Assembly (NCBI GenBank): GCA_035468285.1
Contig: DATISY010000067.1
Coordinates: 836 to 64,835, forward strand
Length of the DNA stretch: 64,000 nucleotides
Direction of reading: 5' to 3'
Origin: Acidimicrobiia bacterium
Lineage (GTDB): Bacteria > Actinomycetota > Acidimicrobiia > IMCC26256 > PALSA-555
The translations under genes and the position numbers were made by a program. Under the pieces are notes generated by a model that did no database searches, had not been told where the DNA came from, and saw only the letters and a program-made list of their open reading frames with translations. Within the stretch, counting starts at the first letter, position 1; every line of letters begins with the position of its first letter. Positions 60,547 through 64,000 of the stretch are shown here, in pieces.

Positions 60547-61325
60547 CCCGTCGGACCGAGGAGCCGGGCGTGGGTGAGGAACCCGGTGTGCGCGACCATC
60601 CGGTGGTCGGGGCGGACGGATTGGCCGTCGACGTGCCAGCCCCGTTGGAGGATCTCGAGGGATTGCGCCATCCCGAACGGTGATTCGGCGAGCTCCTCGC
60701 GGAGCCGCGCGACTTGGCCGATCGTGGGGAGGTACGCGAGGAGGATCCCGCCGGGGCGCAGCGCGGCGACGGCGTGCTTCACGACGCGCCACGGTTCGGG
60801 GAGGTCGAGGACGATGCGGTCGAGGTGGTCGTCGTCGATCCCGTCGTAGGTGTCGCGCACCTCGACGTCGAGGGGAAGGTCGGGTCCGAGGAGGCCTTCG
60901 ACGTTGCGGCGGGCCCGGGCGGCGAAGTCGTCGCGGAGTTCGTAGCCGGTGACGTGCCCGGTGGGTCCGACGGCGCGGAGCAGGACCATGGTGAGCGCGC
61001 CGGACCCGATTCCGGACTCGAGGATGCGGGCCCCGGGGTAGATGTCGGCGAGCATCAGGATGGGCCCGAGGTCCTTCGGGTAGATGACTTGGGCGCCGCG
61101 GGGCATCTCGAGGATGTACTCGGCGAGGGTGGGGCGCACCGCGGTGAGGCGGGCGCCGAGCGTCGTGCGGACGGTGGCGCCTTCGTCGTGGCCGATGAGG
61201 TCGTCGTGGCGGAGGACGCCGGCGTGGGAGTGGAACTCGCCGCCGGGTTGGAGGGTGATGAGGTGGCGGCGTCGTTTGGAGTCGACGAGGAGGACCCGGT
61301 CACCGGCGGTGAACTCGCTGGTCAT
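60543..61325 (-). CDS. trmI: tRNA (adenine58-N1)-methyltransferase
   Basis: 260 aa from ATG 61325. FTAGDRVLL...H.G...H..LIG, SAM motif ILESGIGSGALT, and LDLPEPW. Rv2118c-like and in the same neighbourhood as in M. tuberculosis. Confidence 0.9.
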   Translation of the reverse strand: MTSEFTAGDRVLLVDSKRRRHLITLQPGGEFHSHAGVLRHDDLIGHDEGATVRTTLGARLTAVRPTLAEYILEMPRGAQVIYPKDLGPILMLADIYPGARILESGIGSGALTMVLLRAVGPTGHVTGYELRDDFAARARRNVEGLLGPDLPLDVEVRDTYDGIDDDHLDRIVLDLPEPWRVVKHAVAALRPGGILLAYLPTIGQVARLREELAESPFGMAQSLEILQRGWHVDGQSVRPDHRMVAHTGFLTHARLLGPTG

Positions 61326-62236
61326 GGTGGGCTCGTGGCGCGGTGACGGAGGCGGCAGAAGGCGCAGATGTCCGTGGTGGTGGGTGCGCCGCATTCGGCG
61401 CAGGTGCCGAGCGTGGCGCCGGTTTCGTCGCGGTTGGGGTCGTCGGCGAAGCGGTCGTGGGCGTGGTCGAGGAAGCCGTGGAAGAACGCGGCTTTGGAGC
61501 CGGGTGAGCGTTGCTCGAGGGTGTTGAGGACGTCCTTGTAGTGGAGGTGGCGGTTGCCGGCGGCCATGGGGCACTCGTCGACCTGGTAGTCGATGCCGCG
61601 GATGACGCAGTAGGCGGCGGTCTCGCGTTCGCCGAGCCGGACGAGGGGTTTGATGCGGCGGGCGAAGCCGGTGGCGGCGGGGAGGACGGGGTGTTGGCGG
61701 GCGAGGTACTCGGTTTCCCAGCGGAGCACGTTGCCGAGGAGGACGGCGGCTTCGTCGTCGAGGTTGTGGCCGGTGGCGACGGTGTCGTAGCCGTGGTCGA
61801 GCGCGAACCGGTTCAGGAGGTGTCGTTTGGAGAGGCCGCAGGCGCCGCAGGGGCTGCGGTGGGTGGCGGCGGCTGCGGTGGGGATGGTGAAGCCCTGGTG
61901 GGTGGCGAGGTCGATCTCGTGGAGGGTGACGTTGCGGGGGGTGGCGTAGGCGCGGGCGTGGTCGAGGGAGTCGTCGGAGTAGTCGCCGATGCCGAGTCCG
62001 AGGTAGACGGCGTCGGGTTGGTAGTCGAGGTCGATGAGGAGGTCCCAGAGGGCGAGCGAGTCCTTGCCGCCGGAGACGGCGACGACGACGCGGTCGCCGG
62101 GGCGGATCATGTCGTGGTCGTGGAGGGCGCGTCGGACCTGCTCGCGGCAGTGGGTGAGGAAATGGTCGGGGCAGAACGCGGCGTTGTGGCGGCGGACATC
62201 GATGACGGCGGGGCCGCGACACACGCGGCATTTCAT
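61322..62236 (-). CDS. TtuA/Ncs6-like PP-loop tRNA 2-thiolation ATPase
   Basis: 304 aa. N-terminal CxxC...CxxH finger (CRVCRG...CPDH), PP-loop SGGKDS, Fe-S cysteines CGACG and DECP, and a C-terminal CxxC...CxxC finger (CAECG...CAFC). Confidence 0.85.
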   Translation of the reverse strand: MKCRVCRGPAVIDVRRHNAAFCPDHFLTHCREQVRRALHDHDMIRPGDRVVVAVSGGKDSLALWDLLIDLDYQPDAVYLGLGIGDYSDDSLDHARAYATPRNVTLHEIDLATHQGFTIPTAAAATHRSPCGACGLSKRHLLNRFALDHGYDTVATGHNLDDEAAVLLGNVLRWETEYLARQHPVLPAATGFARRIKPLVRLGERETAAYCVIRGIDYQVDECPMAAGNRHLHYKDVLNTLEQRSPGSKAAFFHGFLDHAHDRFADDPNRDETGATLGTCAECGAPTTTDICAFCRLRHRATSPP

Positions 62237-62442
62237 CGTCGGGGGTCCTGACCGCCGGAGATGACGGGGCGGATCTCGACGGGGGTGTCGTCGTCGAGCT
62301 TGGCGTCGCGGGCGACGAGCTCGTCGCCGGCGATGACGAGCACGGATTCGGGGTTGAGCTCGAGGCGCTGGAGGAGGGCGGTGACGGTGATCGGGCCGTC
62401 GATCTCGAGCTCTCGGCGCGGGTTGCGGAGCAGGACTCTCAT
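62233..62442 (-). CDS. ThiS/MoaD-family beta-grasp sulfur-carrier-like protein with GG followed by a 5-residue tail
   Basis: 69 aa from ATG 62442: MRVLLRNPRRELEIDGPITVTALLQRLELNPESVLVIAGDELVARDAKLDDDTPVEIRPVISGGQDPRR. ATGA overlap with the TtuA-like gene. Confidence 0.7.
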   Translation of the reverse strand: MRVLLRNPRRELEIDGPITVTALLQRLELNPESVLVIAGDELVARDAKLDDDTPVEIRPVISGGQDPRR

Positions 62443-62479
62443 CGAGCGTCCAAGGGTACCGGTGGGTTCCGCCGGTACC

Positions 62480-62686
62480 TCAGCGTGCGGGTGGGGGGAC
62501 GGCGCGGATCTCGACGGCGTCGCCTGTCTTGAGCTCGAGGGAGGCGGTGATCTCCTTCTCGCGGAGGAGATGGTGCGCGGCGCGGAGCGCGGTGGCGGTG
62601 ACGCCGACCACGAGCCAGGTGCTGGACCCTTCGAGGATGCCGCGGCGGAGGCCGGTGCGGGCGAGGCGGCCGATGAGGCGGCCCAT
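62480..62686 (-). CDS. Small hypothetical membrane protein
   Basis: 68 aa from ATG 62686 (MGRLIGRLARTGLRRGILEGSSTWLVVGVTATAL...). The stop of the upstream small ORF is 2 nt away. Weak support. Confidence 0.4.
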   Translation of the reverse strand: MGRLIGRLARTGLRRGILEGSSTWLVVGVTATALRAAHHLLREKEITASLELKTGDAVEIRAVPPPAR

Positions 62687-62687
62687 G

Positions 62688-62921
62688 TCAGATGCGGCGG
62701 ATCTCGACGACGGTGCGGCGCTTGCGGCCGCGGCGTCGTCCGAGGAGGTAGGCGATCGCGAGGAGGACGAGGACACCGACGATCCCGCCGGCGAGGCCGG
62801 CGCCGCGGGCGGCGTCGGCGCCGGCTTCGGTGCCGTGTTGGATCTGGCGGAGCTTGGCTTCGATGTCGTCGCGGGTGATGCGCCGGTCGGTGTCGATGGT
62901 GGGCATCGGATCGCTCCTCAT
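62688..62921 (-). CDS. Small membrane protein (helical N-terminus, one TM, Arg-rich end)
   Basis: 77 aa with a 4-nt overlap to the upstream gene. TM LAGGIVGVLVLLAIAYLLG followed by RRRGRKRR. Confidence 0.45.
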   Translation of the reverse strand: MRSDPMPTIDTDRRITRDDIEAKLRQIQHGTEAGADAARGAGLAGGIVGVLVLLAIAYLLGRRRGRKRRTVVEIRRI

Positions 62922-63262
62922 GCTCGGGCGCGGCGGACGCCGCGCGCCTTCCAGGTCGCTGCGCCGCCGGCGAGGAGGACGACGAACACGATTCCGTAGG
63001 GGGCCCAGGACCAGTCGCCGTGGAAGGTGCTGCCGGTCTCGGTTTGGAGGAGGCGGAGGACACCGACGGCGAGGAGGACGACACCGAGGCCGAGGAGGAG
63101 CGCGCCGGCGAGCCCGAAGAGGATGTAGCGGCCGAGGTTCTTGATCGGGACGATCGTCTCTTGGCGGACGTAGGCGACGATGAGGTCGCGCAGCTCGAGG
63201 ACGAGCTGTGGGAGGCCCGGGGTGGGTTCGTTGGTGGTGGACGAGGCGGTGTCGTCGGTCAT
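62918..63262 (-). CDS. Two-TM membrane protein, actinobacterial Holin-X (phage_holin_3_6)-like
   Basis: 114 aa. LRDLIVAYVRQETIVPIK followed by two TMs (YILFGLAGALLLGLGVVLLAVGVL; YGIVFVVLLAGGAATW). Resembles the putative Holin-X family. Function unproven. Confidence 0.5.
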   Translation of the reverse strand: MTDDTASSTTNEPTPGLPQLVLELRDLIVAYVRQETIVPIKNLGRYILFGLAGALLLGLGVVLLAVGVLRLLQTETGSTFHGDWSWAPYGIVFVVLLAGGAATWKARGVRRARA

Positions 63263-63317
63263 CGCGGCGGAGTCTATGGGGCGGTCGGCGTGCCGGCCGG
63301 GTGTGATGCCGGTGGGG

Positions 63318-64000
63318 TCAGCGCATCACGCCGACGTGACCGAGGGAGTAGCGGCCGGGTTGGGGCCAGACGGCGACGCCGTGGGGTTCGCGGCCGACGG
63401 GGATGATGCGGACGGCACCGGTCTTGGTGTTGAACTCGTAGACGACGTTGTCGAAGCGGCCGCTGACCCAGAGTTGGGTGCCGTCGGCGGTGATGCCGCC
63501 CATGTCGGGGCTGCCACCGCCGGGGATGGGCCAGGTGGCGACGATGCGGTTGGTGGCGAAGTCGAGGACACTGACGCTGCCGGGGCCGTGGCCGGGTCCG
63601 ACGTTTTGGGTGACGTTGCCGCGGTTGGCGACGTACATCTTGGTGGTGTCGCGGCTGATGATGAGGCCGTGGGCGCCGACGGCGGTGGGGATGAAGCCGG
63701 TTTGGGTGAAGGTGGTGCCGTCGACGGTCCAGAGTCCGCCGCGGTTGAGGTCGGCGACGTAGAAGGTCTTGCCGTCGGGTCCGATGCGGACGTCTTGGGG
63801 GACGGCGTCGGGGGCGAGTTGGAGGTAGCCGAGGACGAGGTGGTGGACGACGTCGACTTTGGCGAGGCCGCGTTGGAACTCGCAGGAGATGATGAGGTAG
63901 GTGCCGTCGATGGAGAAGTCGGCGTGGTTGTTGCCGGCGCAGTTGTCGAGGGGCAGTGACTGCTGGAGGGCGAAGGTGTGGGGGTCGCGGAAGTCGAGGC
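63318..64000 (-). CDS. YVTN/YncE-like beta-propeller repeat protein, C-terminal part (5' end outside window)
   Basis: The frame stays open from 63318 to the window edge. Repeats of the type ...GPDGKTFYVADLNRGGLWTVD... / ...SRDTTKMYVANRGN...VSVLD... / ...TADGTQLWVSGRFDNVVYEF... Confidence 0.8.
   Translation of the reverse strand, partial: LDFRDPHTFALQQSLPLDNCAGNNHADFSIDGTYLIISCEFQRGLAKVDVVHHLVLGYLQLAPDAVPQDVRIGPDGKTFYVADLNRGGLWTVDGTTFTQTGFIPTAVGAHGLIISRDTTKMYVANRGNVTQNVGPGHGPGSVSVLDFATNRIVATWPIPGGGSPDMGGITADGTQLWVSGRFDNVVYEFNTKTGAVRIIPVGREPHGVAVWPQPGRYSLGHVGVMR

Noticed and set aside
1-64000. CRISPR arrays, tRNA/rRNA genes, IS elements, prophage or toxin-antitoxin/defence cassettes
   Set aside because: - I found no regularly spaced direct repeats, no T-loop/acceptor-stem patterns in the few intergenic gaps, and no transposase, integrase, Cas or phage-structural-like ORFs.
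- Low-complexity coding repeats (poly-Pro at 4440-4560, acidic repeats at 39040-39300, GN repeat at 32021-32047) are explained by the encoded proteins.

Overview
High-GC (roughly 70%), densely coding chromosomal segment that looks actinobacterial. I call about 75 genes, and many are translationally coupled through 1-11 nt start/stop overlaps (ATGA/GTGA). I recognised no rRNA, tRNA, CRISPR array, transposase or integrase.

Layout:
- 1-15.5 kb: metabolic genes (aldehyde dehydrogenase, amidohydrolase, DapA-like aldolase, Baeyer-Villiger monooxygenase, gamma-glutamyltransferase). Also a soluble MgtE-N/CBS protein coupled to an Nramp-related transporter with non-canonical metal-site motifs, and an orphan MoxR-VWA-XdhC (CoxD/E/F-like) maturation cluster.
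- 15.5-27.5 kb: a pgsA-like gene coupled to a nucleotidyltransferase/phosphomannomutase fusion. Then a block syntenic with M. tuberculosis Rv1826-Rv1832: gcvH, FHA/GarA-like, MerR, DUF151 nuclease, MerR, gcvT, tandem glycine riboswitch, gcvP.
- 29.0-34.9 kb: a seven-gene translationally coupled operon. It encodes a secreted protein with a C-terminal TM plus Arg-rich tail, a processive GT2 synthase, a mini exosortase (XrtG-like), a membrane protein, an ATP-grasp enzyme, a UDP-GlcNAc 2-epimerase and a HAD hydrolase. This is my best candidate for an undescribed system.
- 35-47 kb: GNAT/NUDIX genes, lnt, DUF4193, a double-length ThyX-like protein, helY, tatC and a divergent tatA.
- 47.9-58.8 kb: the Pup-proteasome locus (pafC, pafB, pafA, prcA, prcB, pup ending in GGE, dop, mpa). 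A DinB-family gene and a frameshifted endonuclease VII gene sit between prcB and pup.
- 59-64 kb: ferredoxin, a marP-trmI-ttuA-like-ThiS/MoaD-like operon, small membrane proteins, and a partial beta-propeller gene.

All family assignments come from reading the translated ORFs against remembered motifs. No database search was run.
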